Shown one piece after another: positions 37,556 to 46,643 of a stretch of DNA of 64,000 bases (position 1 is its first letter; each line of letters starts with the position of its first letter). Location: the NCBI GenBank assembly GCA_965219685.1, contig CBDCOH010000002.1:768001-832000 (forward strand), in the 5' to 3' direction. Both the position numbers and the translations under genes were made by a program. The notes beneath the pieces are model-generated. The model ran no database searches. It had not been told where the DNA came from and saw nothing but the letters and a program-made list of their open reading frames with translations. This DNA is from Candidatus Spongiisociaceae bacterium (lineage in GTDB: Bacteria; Actinomycetota; Acidimicrobiia; Spongiisociales; Spongiisociaceae).

Positions 37556-37909
37556 ATGACCAAGGACCAAGCAGACCGCATGGACGACCAGACCCCGCCC
37601 CGTGACCGTAACGAGGTAGTTCTGAGAGGGACGCTCGCAACCGCGCCCGAGCACCGGACGTTCGGTTCGGGCGCTTCTCTCGCCCGTCTACTCGTGACTG
37701 TCCGCCTCACGTCTCCGAGCCGGACAGACGTGCTTCCGGTCACCGTGTGGGAACCCGATCCCGAACTGCTGAGCGCGGTGCGTGGTGTGCCCGTCGAGGT
37801 GACCGGACAGGTACACCGGCGTTTCTGGACGGATGCCGAAGGACGCCATAGCCGAGTGGAGGTGGTTGCCGACTCCGTCGAGTTGGGCGAGGTTCCGCCC
37901 GCGGAGTGA
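37556..37909 (+). CDS. ssb: Short single-stranded DNA-binding protein (SsbB-like)
   Basis: AAGGAG RBS; NEVVLRGTLATAPEHR, TDVLPVTVW, VEVTGQVHRRFW, SRVEVVADSV OB-fold; no acidic tail. Confidence 0.85.
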   Translation: MTKDQADRMDDQTPPRDRNEVVLRGTLATAPEHRTFGSGASLARLLVTVRLTSPSRTDVLPVTVWEPDPELLSAVRGVPVEVTGQVHRRFWTDAEGRHSRVEVVADSVELGEVPPAE

Positions 37910-38022
37910 AGCACACCCATACTGAAGGTGCTCGGATCGTGTCCGGCCGGAATCAGATACGCGAAGACTGCGCGGTGGCTGCGGATGGCCGGACACGATT
38001 CCCGGGAGGGGATAATGGGTAG

Positions 38023-38790
38023 ATGAGAGTTCCGGTTCGCCCGCGCTGGATCGTATTCTCGGCGCTGGTGGTGTTAGTCGCAGTCGCCTGTGCTGTGCTC
38101 GGGTTCTGGCAACTCGGGCGTCTCGAGGAGCGGCGAGCATCCAACGCGGTGCTGGAAAGCCGCTTGGGCCGGGAACCCGTGTCGCTCGACGAGGTGAGGA
38201 GTGCTCTGCAACCTGTCGAGGGAATGGAACCGGATCCGTCCGACTACGAGTTCACCCCGCTGACCGCCCGGGGTGTTCTTGTGGACGAGGGGAGGGTCGT
38301 TGTCCGTTCCCAGGTAGTGAACGGCCAGGCGGGGGTCCACGCGGTCTTGCCGCTCGCGCTCGAGGACGGCAGTGCGGTGCTGGTGAACGTAGGGTGGTTC
38401 CCGCTCGGGGTCGACCCCGGCCCGGCCACCGTCCTGTTTCCGCCTTCGGGCCGGATCGAGTTGACTGGGCTGCTACGCGCCGACCAGCAGCGCCCCGCCT
38501 TCGGACGACGGGAGACGGAGGGAACCCTGGAGACAGTGGCCCGGATCGACGTAGGACGGATCCAGGAACAGGTTGGTCTCCCACTGCTGCCATTCTGGAT
38601 ACAACTGGTCGGACCTGACGACCCGCAGCGTCTACCGATCCCTGTGACGCTCCCGGCCGTGGACGACGGACCCCACCTCTCCTACGCGGTCCAGTGGTTC
38701 TCGTTCGGATCGATCGCGCTCGTCGGCTACGTGGCCCTGATGAGGAGGGAACTGGGACTCGGCGGGCGCCGGCGTGTGAAGGGATGCTGA
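38023..38790 (+). CDS. SURF1 family membrane protein
   Basis: LGFWQLGRLEERRASN, VLVNVGW, GPHLSYAVQWFSF. Confidence 0.92.
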   Translation: MRVPVRPRWIVFSALVVLVAVACAVLGFWQLGRLEERRASNAVLESRLGREPVSLDEVRSALQPVEGMEPDPSDYEFTPLTARGVLVDEGRVVVRSQVVNGQAGVHAVLPLALEDGSAVLVNVGWFPLGVDPGPATVLFPPSGRIELTGLLRADQQRPAFGRRETEGTLETVARIDVGRIQEQVGLPLLPFWIQLVGPDDPQRLPIPVTLPAVDDGPHLSYAVQWFSFGSIALVGYVALMRRELGLGGRRRVKGC

Positions 38791-39264
38791 ACGCCGGGCC
38801 TCCTATGACCTGGGCGACTCCACGCGACGAGGGACTACCGGTCCACGAATAGCCTGGTGGATCGGTCGCCACACCTCGGCGTGTCTCTCTTCGAGTGGTA
38901 GGGAGAGAGAGAGGAGTTCGTTGGGAGTCCGAACAGGGCTGTTCCACCTGCTTGCATCCTTGTGAACCTCCCACTGAGGCCGTCTATGGCCCGGCGTAGC
39001 CGGTATCCGTTTGGTTCAGCCTGGCCGACCGTCGCCAGGATCTGGTCTCGCACGGGCACTTCTCCTCATCTTCACAATCCGCCGGCCCGTGTCTCCGGGC
39101 TTTCTGTAATCGGCACACCGCATTATGATGAAGATCAATTCACTATCCGAGTAAGAGACATGACGAATTGTTGACAGGATTTGAGGTATGACTGGGGATG
39201 TGCCGGTCTCCCGCATACCGCGCTCAACGACCGGACCTAGACCGCGCGATTTCTCGCCCGAGAG

Positions 39265-42200
39265 TTGAGTTGCGGGTCGGTGTATCGGCAAGGCGTCACG
39301 TCCCGGGTGTTGGCCGCCGTGCTGTCCGCGCTGGTGGTGGGATCAGGTCTGGCTTCCGTGCCGGGTGCTGCCGCACAGTCCGCCAGCTTTGATGATGTCG
39401 CGCCCGACAACGTCCACACGCCCCATATCGAGGGGTTGGACCGGTTGGGAGTTTTCGAGGGTACGGAGTGCGGCGAGAGCCTGTTCTGCCCGCAGAAGCC
39501 GTTACCGCGCTGGGTGATGGCTGTGTGGATGGTGCGGTTGCTGGCCACCGGCGAGCCGGCTAAGGAGTCAGGCGGTTCGCGGTTCGCGGACGTGGACGCC
39601 GACGAGTGGTGGGTGCCCTATGTGGAGCGGTTCGATGATCTGGGGATCACCGTGGGCTGTGACGCGGGGCCGCCGCGGCGGTACTGTCCGGATGAATTCG
39701 TGAGCCGGGGGCAGATGGCGACCTTCCTGGCGAGAGCGTTCGATCTGCAGTCCGGGGCCGAGGCGGGGTTCGCTGACGTTTCGGGCGGTGTCCATGCCCC
39801 TCAGATCAACGCGTTGGCGGCTTCGGGCATCACCGTGGGTTGTGACGTGGGGCCGCCGCGGCGGTACTGTCCGGATGAATTCGTGAGCCGGGGGCAGATG
39901 GCCTCCTTCCTCAAGCGGGCTCGAACCGCCTTCATGGGGCCGTGTCCCGATGCAGAGTCTCAGGAAGCCACCGGCGGCGGGGATGGCGGCTCGGGAGGAG
40001 GGTCCGGAACAAGCACCGGTTCCGGTGGCTCGGGCCCCGCTGGTCCGGGCGGCCCGCCGCAGGGTCCTCCGCCTTCCCTGCCTGCTCCGGTCCAACCTCC
40101 CCCGGACGCGCCGCAGTCGCTGGAAGTCGATCCCGGTGAGGCAAGCTTGAGGGTTAGCTGGAGTCCGCCCGATCACAGCGGGCCGGGCGTCGTCGGGTAC
40201 CGACTGCGGTGGAAGGGTCCCGGCCAGGGGTACAGCGACACCGACAGGTCGGACGCCACCACCGCTTTGAGCTACGAGATCACCGATCTGGCCAATGGCG
40301 CAAAGTACGACGTTCAGGTCGCGGCCGGCATCCGGGGCATAGGTTTCGGGGGTTGGTCCGAGGCTTCCGGCACACCCCGTACGGTGCCCCATGCGCCAAG
40401 GTCGCCAAGAGTGTCCAACGGTGACGAGAAGCTCACGGTGAGCTGGACGGCGCCGGCGGCGAACGGCGGGGCGCCGGTGACCGGCTACCGCGTGGAGTGG
40501 TCCTCCGACGGCGTGACACTCGGCGAAGAGAGCGCGACCGGCCTGAACCATGAAATCGAGGACCTGACCAACGGCACCGACTATGTGGTGCGAGTGGCCG
40601 CAGTGAATGCAGCGGGTGCGGGACCCTGGTCGGTTGAGGCCGAGGGCTCGCCGGTCGGAACCCCGGACGCCCCCCAGGTTGTCAGTACCGAGCCGGGAGA
40701 CAGGTCGGTGACGATCGAGTGGTCGCCACCGACCGACGATGGCAGTTCGGCGATCACCGGGTACAAGGTGCAGTGGCGTTCCGGCACGCAGGAGTACAGC
40801 TCGAGCCGCCAGAGGGGGGTGGCCGCGGACGTCTCGGAGTACGAGGTCACCGGTCTGGTCAATGGCACGGAGTACGAGGTTCGGGTGGTCGCGGTGAACG
40901 CGGTGGGCGACGGCGAGCCCTCGATGGGAGCATCCGCCACCCCCGCAACCACGCCCGGACCACCGCGCACGGTGCTAGTGGCGCGGGGTGACGCGTCGGG
41001 GACGGTGGCGTGGTCGTCACCGTCCGCAGCCGGAGGCAAACCGGTCACCGGTTACGTCGTCCAGTGGTCCGACGACGAGTTCGACCAATCTGTCAACGAG
41101 GCTCAGGTAGCGGCGGACGTCTCGGAGTACGAGATCTCCGGTCTGGTCAATGGCACGGAGTACGAGGTTCGGGTGGTCGCGGTGAACGCGGTGGGCGACG
41201 GCGAGCCGTCGCAGGGCGCGTCCCTGACCCCGGCGACTGTTCCGGGCGCGCCCGCTGATCTGGACGTCGCCCGTGGCGTCCGATCCGTGACCGTTTCGTG
41301 GGGAGCGCCCAGCGATGGCGGATCGGCTATCACGGCTTACCGGGTGCAGTGGCGCGCCGACGACGGCGACTTCGAGGACTCGGATACACAGGCTTCGGTC
41401 GCCGGCGGTTCTTTGAGCCGCCGGATCACCGGTTTGGTCAACGGCACGGAGTACTTTGTTCGGGTGGTCGCGGTGAACGCTGTGGGTGAGGGGCCCTGGT
41501 CCTCGGTCGCTTCGTCCACCCCGGCGGTGGTGCCCGGACCGCCGCAGAACGTCGCAGTCACACCGGCCAACGGGTCGGTCACAGCAACCTGGCAGGTCCC
41601 TGCGAGCACCGGCGGCTCGCCGATCACCAGTTACAAGGTGCAGTGGCGGGCCGAGAGCGAAGGGTACGACTCCGGGCGTCAGGCCGCCGTGACCGACCTG
41701 GACGATCTGAGTTACGAGATCACCGGCCTGAGCAACGGGACGAAGTATTTCATTCGGGTGGTCGCGGTCAACGCGGTCGGCGATGGGGCCGCGCCCAAGG
41801 AGCTTGCGGCCACGCCTGTCACCAGTCCGGAAGCTCCCGGGAAGGTTGCCGCCGAGCGGGGGGACCGCGCCGTGACGGCAACCTGGGAGGCTGCCGACGA
41901 CGGTGGCTCGGACATAACGCGGTACAGGGTGCAGTGGCGCGCGGGCGATGACAAGTTCAAGGATTCGGATTCTCAGGCCACGGTCGGTGGGAGCGTTTCG
42001 AGCCGGCGGATCACGGGTCTCACCAATGGCACCGAGTACTGGGTGCGGGTGCAGGCGACCAACAGTGTGGGTGACGGGCCGTGGTCGGCGTCGGCGTCCG
42101 CGGTGGCGGCGACCGTCCCGGGCGCGCCCGGCAGCGTTGTCGCCGGGCGGGGCGACCGTTCGATAACCGTGACGTGGCAGGCGCCGTCCGCCACTGGCGG

Positions 42201-43836
42201 TCTGGCGATCACGGCGTACAAGGTGCAGTGGCGCACCGAGGACGAGACGTACGGAGAGGAGGGTCGCGAGGCCGATGTGACCGATGTGACCGATCTGAGT
42301 TACGAGATCACCGGTTTGGTCAACGGTACGAAGTACTTCGTGCAGGTGTTTGCGGTCAACGACGCCGGCGACAGCGCAGCGTCCGCGCAACGGTCGGCCA
42401 CGCCGGCGACCCTTCCGGGTGCGCCGGATGATGTGACGCTCCAGACGCGGGACCGGTCGCTCGACGTGTCCTGGGAGGCTGCCGACGACGGCGGCTCGGA
42501 CATAACGCGGTACAGGGTGCAGTGGCGCGCGGGCGATGACAAGTTCAAGGATTCGGACTCTCAGGCCACGGTCGGTGGGAGCGTTTCGAGCCGGCGGATC
42601 ACGGGTCTCACCAATGGCACCGAGTACTGGGTGCGGGTGCAGGCGACCAACAGTGTGGGTGACGGGCCGTGGTCGGCGTCGGCGTCCGCGGTGGCGGCGA
42701 CCGTCCCGGGCACCCCTCTGAGCATCTCCGCGGTTCCGGACGACGGGTCGGTCACGGTGAGCTGGCAGGCGCCGGACGACGGCGGCTCCGACATCACCGG
42801 GTACCTCGTGGAGTGGCGCGGCGCCGACGAGAAGTTCAGCGAGACCGAACGCCGGCTCACCACCACCGATGTCTCCCAGCAGATCACGGGTCTCACCAAT
42901 GGCGACGAGTACTCGGCGCGGGTCCGGGCGGTGAACGCCGCCGGCACCGGCCCTGCCGCGACTGCTTCGGCGACTCCCCGCACCGTGCCTGCCGCTCCCG
43001 GCGACATCAGCATCACGATCTCGACCGCCCTGGTCATGCTGGTGTCGTGGGATCCACCGGACGACGACGGCGGGTCGTCGATCACCGGCTACGGAGTGGA
43101 GTGGAAGGGTCCCGACGAGGAGTACAGCGCGACAGAGCGCCAAGCGACCGTGACGAGCCCGCGCCATCAGATCTCGGGCCTGACCAAGGGTGAGGAGTAC
43201 ACCCTGAGGATCGCCGCGAGGAACGTCGCCGGATCAGGTCCGGCAGCCGAGGCTTCTGCGGTAGTGGCTGATCCGCCGGGCGCGCCGCGCTCGCAGACCG
43301 TGACGGCACACCACGGCGCCCTGGAAGTGTCATGGCAAGCGCCGTCCGATGCCGGTGGATCCGCGATAACCGAGTACCGCGTGCTGTGGAAGGGTCCGGG
43401 CCAGAACTTCGACGACTCGAAGTGCTCGTTCCGGCGGATCAGGATCTCGGCCAGCGAGACTTTGACCGCCGCGATAGGAGAGCTCCGGAACGGTACGACG
43501 TACAGCATTCGGGTCGTGGCCGTGAACGACAGCGGCCCCGGGGCGCCCCTGGACTTCTCGGGTACGCCCGCGGCGCCCTCGGGACTGAGGCTTGGTCCGG
43601 TTGCTTCGCTCCGGGACCGAAGCCTGGCAGTGGGCCGGAACCAACCGCGCCACATTGGGTCGCCGGCCACCGGCAACCGGGTGGAGTGGACAGGAGTGGA
43701 GCGGTACTACCGCGCCTCGGATCGTTTGGCCACGGTCGGCCCAACTCTGAGACGAACAATCAACGGCACTCGACAAGGGAGGCGACATGAGTCAAGAAGC
43801 ACCCGGCCCCGCGGGCGGAGGCCTGTCCGACCGTGA
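39265..43836 (+). CDS. Large surface protein: signal peptide, 3 SLH-like repeats, Gly/Pro linker, 12 fibronectin type III domains and a degenerate 13th
   Basis: GC...YCP...SRGQMA.FL repeats; twelve P.AP...V.W..P...GG..ITGY.VQW...GL.NGT.Y.VRV.A.N..G units. Start codon uncertain. Confidence 0.9.
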   Translation: MSCGSVYRQGVTSRVLAAVLSALVVGSGLASVPGAAAQSASFDDVAPDNVHTPHIEGLDRLGVFEGTECGESLFCPQKPLPRWVMAVWMVRLLATGEPAKESGGSRFADVDADEWWVPYVERFDDLGITVGCDAGPPRRYCPDEFVSRGQMATFLARAFDLQSGAEAGFADVSGGVHAPQINALAASGITVGCDVGPPRRYCPDEFVSRGQMASFLKRARTAFMGPCPDAESQEATGGGDGGSGGGSGTSTGSGGSGPAGPGGPPQGPPPSLPAPVQPPPDAPQSLEVDPGEASLRVSWSPPDHSGPGVVGYRLRWKGPGQGYSDTDRSDATTALSYEITDLANGAKYDVQVAAGIRGIGFGGWSEASGTPRTVPHAPRSPRVSNGDEKLTVSWTAPAANGGAPVTGYRVEWSSDGVTLGEESATGLNHEIEDLTNGTDYVVRVAAVNAAGAGPWSVEAEGSPVGTPDAPQVVSTEPGDRSVTIEWSPPTDDGSSAITGYKVQWRSGTQEYSSSRQRGVAADVSEYEVTGLVNGTEYEVRVVAVNAVGDGEPSMGASATPATTPGPPRTVLVARGDASGTVAWSSPSAAGGKPVTGYVVQWSDDEFDQSVNEAQVAADVSEYEISGLVNGTEYEVRVVAVNAVGDGEPSQGASLTPATVPGAPADLDVARGVRSVTVSWGAPSDGGSAITAYRVQWRADDGDFEDSDTQASVAGGSLSRRITGLVNGTEYFVRVVAVNAVGEGPWSSVASSTPAVVPGPPQNVAVTPANGSVTATWQVPASTGGSPITSYKVQWRAESEGYDSGRQAAVTDLDDLSYEITGLSNGTKYFIRVVAVNAVGDGAAPKELAATPVTSPEAPGKVAAERGDRAVTATWEAADDGGSDITRYRVQWRAGDDKFKDSDSQATVGGSVSSRRITGLTNGTEYWVRVQATNSVGDGPWSASASAVAATVPGAPGSVVAGRGDRSITVTWQAPSATGGLAITAYKVQWRTEDETYGEEGREADVTDVTDLSYEITGLVNGTKYFVQVFAVNDAGDSAASAQRSATPATLPGAPDDVTLQTRDRSLDVSWEAADDGGSDITRYRVQWRAGDDKFKDSDSQATVGGSVSSRRITGLTNGTEYWVRVQATNSVGDGPWSASASAVAATVPGTPLSISAVPDDGSVTVSWQAPDDGGSDITGYLVEWRGADEKFSETERRLTTTDVSQQITGLTNGDEYSARVRAVNAAGTGPAATASATPRTVPAAPGDISITISTALVMLVSWDPPDDDGGSSITGYGVEWKGPDEEYSATERQATVTSPRHQISGLTKGEEYTLRIAARNVAGSGPAAEASAVVADPPGAPRSQTVTAHHGALEVSWQAPSDAGGSAITEYRVLWKGPGQNFDDSKCSFRRIRISASETLTAAIGELRNGTTYSIRVVAVNDSGPGAPLDFSGTPAAPSGLRLGPVASLRDRSLAVGRNQPRHIGSPATGNRVEWTGVERYYRASDRLATVGPTLRRTINGTRQGRRHESRSTRPRGRRPVRP

Positions 43837-44131
43837 GGAGCCTTCCGCGTCAGTACGGGAGTCGGGTACGTACGAGGCCGACGCCGACCCGGATCACGTC
43901 TGGGTGAAGCGCGATGCCAACGGTGAGACCATTCGAGCGAGGTTCAGGGGCTATCCCGTCGACTTCGCATTCGAGGCCGGGGATGCGACCGGAATCGAGC
44001 TCGTGGACGGGGAGTGGCACACCATTCCCTCGGTCTTTCACACCGTCCGGCTCGGCAGCCGTATCGAGTGGTGGACGATGAACCGCCGCACGGGCTTCTT
44101 CCGGCTGCTGTCCGAGAGGACTCTCGATTGA
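43787..44131 (+). CDS. Hypothetical protein, first gene of the Cys-peptide/mau-like operon
   Basis: GGGAGG RBS before ATG 43787; 114 aa, aromatic and beta-rich; no recognised family. Confidence 0.65.
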   Translation: MSQEAPGPAGGGLSDREEPSASVRESGTYEADADPDHVWVKRDANGETIRARFRGYPVDFAFEAGDATGIELVDGEWHTIPSVFHTVRLGSRIEWWTMNRRTGFFRLLSERTLD

Positions 44132-44168
44132 GCTGCCATCTGCTCCACCCCGCGCATCTTCCCGGGCC

Positions 44169-44489
44169 GTGCCCGACATGACGGCTGTACGAGACCCGAG
44201 AGACAGGCGATGGTTCCTGCGCTCAGTCGCCGGCGCGGCGCTGGGCCTGGTGACCGTAGGGGCCCAGGCCCTGTTCGGGGCTTCTCCCGCCTTGGCCCGG
44301 TATTCGTGTTGTGTGCTATTGCACGGCAACGACCCGTGGTGCCCCGTGACCTGCGCCGGGTTGGGTCACCACATCAGGTGCTGGACGTGTTGGGAAAACT
44401 CGTGTAAATGCTGTGAGTGCACCAACGGCAACTCTTGTTGGGGATCCGAGACCTTCTGCTCGTACGAATTCGAGTGTTGTCCGGGATGA
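44169..44489 (+). CDS. Tat-exported cysteine-rich peptide (14 Cys, 4 Trp in an ~63-aa mature region)
   Basis: DRRWFL Tat motif, hydrophobic stretch, SPALA cleavage site, then RYSCC...CWTCWENSCKCCECTNGNSCWGSETFCSYEFECCPG. Start may be ATG 44178. Confidence 0.85.
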   Translation: MPDMTAVRDPRDRRWFLRSVAGAALGLVTVGAQALFGASPALARYSCCVLLHGNDPWCPVTCAGLGHHIRCWTCWENSCKCCECTNGNSCWGSETFCSYEFECCPG

Positions 44490-44541
44490 TGGCGTTCAGG
44501 CGCCGGCGCTGCACACCATGTCGCCCGGGAGGTTACTGACG

Positions 44542-45126
44542 ATGCCAATTCTGGCTGATCTGGCCGTGATGGGGTCTGCTTCGATCCTGCTGCTCACCGG
44601 ATCCTCCAAGCTCGTGCGGCCGAGCCCCATCGCCGCGACCCTGGCCATGCTCTGGAATACGGTGACCGGGCAGGATCGCGAGGCTGCGCCACCGATGCTG
44701 GGCCGGCTTCTGGGCGTGGGTGAGATGGGTCTGGCGGCGGCCACGGTCGTCGGGCGTTCTCCCGCCACAGCGGTTGCCCTCGCTCTGTTCGCCATTGGCC
44801 TGGCGGGCGCCGGGGTGATCGGTGTGATGAGCGACGGGAAGCTTCCGTGCGCCTGTTTCGGCGCGTCCGACCGCTCTCTCGGCTATCCGCACATCCTCCA
44901 ACTCCCGCTGTGGTTGGTAACTGCCTGGGCGGTCACGGGAGACCCGGCGCTGTTCGGGACCGGCGCAGGGCTCGAGCAGGGACTCGCCATGCTCGCAGTC
45001 TGCGCCATCGCGTCGACGGCGTTCCACGTGGCGAAAATGTGGCACGCGGTCTACCCGATCGTGCGACAAGGGAGGCGCGGCACGGCTGATCGTGCTGCAT
45101 TCCAGGCAGGCTCGGGAGGGTCGTAG
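44542..45126 (+). CDS. MauE/DoxX-family membrane protein
   Basis: GGAGG RBS; LLLTGSSKL, GVGEMGLA, LPCACFG (MauE C-x-C-F-G). Confidence 0.8.
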   Translation: MPILADLAVMGSASILLLTGSSKLVRPSPIAATLAMLWNTVTGQDREAAPPMLGRLLGVGEMGLAAATVVGRSPATAVALALFAIGLAGAGVIGVMSDGKLPCACFGASDRSLGYPHILQLPLWLVTAWAVTGDPALFGTGAGLEQGLAMLAVCAIASTAFHVAKMWHAVYPIVRQGRRGTADRAAFQAGSGGS

Positions 45127-45719
45127 TGGTGCTCGCCGCCCTACTTATCTCGATCGTGGCGCTGCTGTTGTCCGGCTTGGTCGCGTTGGCGGTAATGGAG
45201 TTGGCGGCTGACCGGTCCCCTGCCCAGAGCGAGCCCGCCGCCGACGTGGTGGAGGGATTCGAACTCCCCCCGGAAGCTGAGGGGACTGCCGCCAGCAGGC
45301 ACGGGCTGCCCCGGTCTATCGACGAGACGGCCACCCACCTGGTGCTTGTCGTCTCTCCGGTTTGCGCCACGTGCCAGAAGCTGGTCGCCTCCTTCGACGG
45401 TGCCATACCCGACGGTCTGACGGTCGTGGTCACCGCCTCCGACCCGCTCCGGATGCGCAGGTGGGCTACGGGCCATGGGCTGTCGACCGGGGATCTGGTC
45501 TTCGACGACGACATGTCCATCGTGAACGGACTAGGCGTTTCCTCAAGCCCTGCTGCAGTCGGGTTCATCCGTGGAAAGGCGGCATTCGCAGTCAATCTGG
45601 GCGGGCGTCCGGCTCTCGACGACCTGCTGGCGCGGCGCGCCACGATCCCGGAGGAGGTTACGAGTCAGGCTGCCTCCGATCCGGACTCGCGCCCGGACAG
45701 CAAGGGCCACGGCCGGTGA
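45126..45719 (+). CDS. MauD-like membrane-anchored thioredoxin-fold protein
   Basis: N-terminal TM helix; VSPVCATCQKL (CxxC); LGVSSSPAAV cis-Pro loop; start overlaps the mauE-like stop. Confidence 0.78.
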   Translation: MVLAALLISIVALLLSGLVALAVMELAADRSPAQSEPAADVVEGFELPPEAEGTAASRHGLPRSIDETATHLVLVVSPVCATCQKLVASFDGAIPDGLTVVVTASDPLRMRRWATGHGLSTGDLVFDDDMSIVNGLGVSSSPAAVGFIRGKAAFAVNLGGRPALDDLLARRATIPEEVTSQAASDPDSRPDSKGHGR

Positions 45720-46414
45720 CAGGGACTTGGGCAACGATGCCGGAGATCCTGTCCGCAGGCACCCTGCTGGTGGGCGGCCTCTTGCAGCGTTACAGCCCTT
45801 GAGGCATTTCCTTCGTGGGCCAGTTCGGCCCCACCTTCGCGGCTGCCAGGGGCGCTCGACGGTTCTCGGACAGCGGGGTCTACGTGCTCGGGGTGCTGGC
45901 GTCCTCGGCGGTGTTCATGTTCGCGCTGGATGCGGTCGGGATCAGCTTCCGGGGGGCCACGGGCGTCCGGGGCGCCCTGGTCGCAGCGCTTACCCTGACA
46001 TGCCTGCTGCTGGTGGTGGACGCGGTCAGGTTGTGGGGCGGACGTGTCACCTCCGTCGGACTCCACCGGCAGACCCCGTACGGTTGGCGCTTGAAGGGTC
46101 CCATCGGTGTTCTCGGCTGGGGTCTCGACACCGGCCTGCCCGTCTCGACGGTCAGGGTCACGTCACTGCCCGTGCTTGGCGTGATCCTCGCCGCCACGGG
46201 CCACGCGGGACCGTTCCACGGGCTGTTCTACGGCTGCGGCCTGGCGCTCGGGGTCTTCGCCGGGATGATGTCGGTACGCTCAGGCGTGCGCGCCGACCGG
46301 GCCGTCGACGAGCTCCTGCGAAGGTACCGGGGGCTGAGACCCGTCCCTCTCGTACTCGGACCGAGCGGCATGACGTCAGCCGTCCTGGCCGGGTCCCTGG
46401 TGTTCTTGCCCTAG
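45716..46414 (+). CDS. MauF-like membrane protein with in-frame UGA at 45800-45802 (candidate selenocysteine)
   Basis: GTG start overlaps the previous stop (GTGA). The frame reads ...GGLLQRYSP-TGA-GISFVGQFGP... and continues to 46414. MauF has WSPCG.S at this position, and HRQTPYGW...GWGLDTG matches the MauF C-terminal motif. Confidence 0.7.
45803..45847 (+). promoter_or_regulatory. Candidate bacterial SECIS hairpin directly 3' of the UGA
   Basis: GTGGGCC-AGTTC-GGCCCCAC upper stem-loop (45815-45834); loop starts 19 nt after the UGA with G second in the loop; possible lower pair GGCA/TGCC. Confidence 0.5.
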
Positions 46415-46643
46415 CGGGTGTTCCTGCCGATCAACCGACGGTGTGTCGCCGATGCCGTAGTGCGGGTGGTTGACCGACGACCAACGGAAGAGGAAACCAT
46501 CTGAGACTGCGGCGCGATCGACCGTGGGCGATCCAGGGACAGAGCGGCTGTCCGAATTTGGCTCTCGCACGCTGTGCAGCGGTCCTGGCCAGGATTGATC
46601 GCCCTCGTTGCTCGCCTGTCCGCGATGAGTACGGGGCAGGGAC

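Noticed and set aside
41017-43167. 716-aa minus-strand ORF (and similar long antisense ORFs, e.g. 29251-30993)
   Set aside because: Antisense to well-supported genes, Arg/Gly-rich, no motifs.
44487-44560. UGA readthrough at the end of the Cys-rich peptide
   Set aside because: The extension has no Cys pattern and runs over the RBS and start of the next gene; CCPG is a plausible terminus.
44169-46414. A bona fide methylamine dehydrogenase (mau) cluster
   Set aside because: No large subunit, MauG or amicyanin in the window; the peptide is too short and lacks recognisable MauA motifs.
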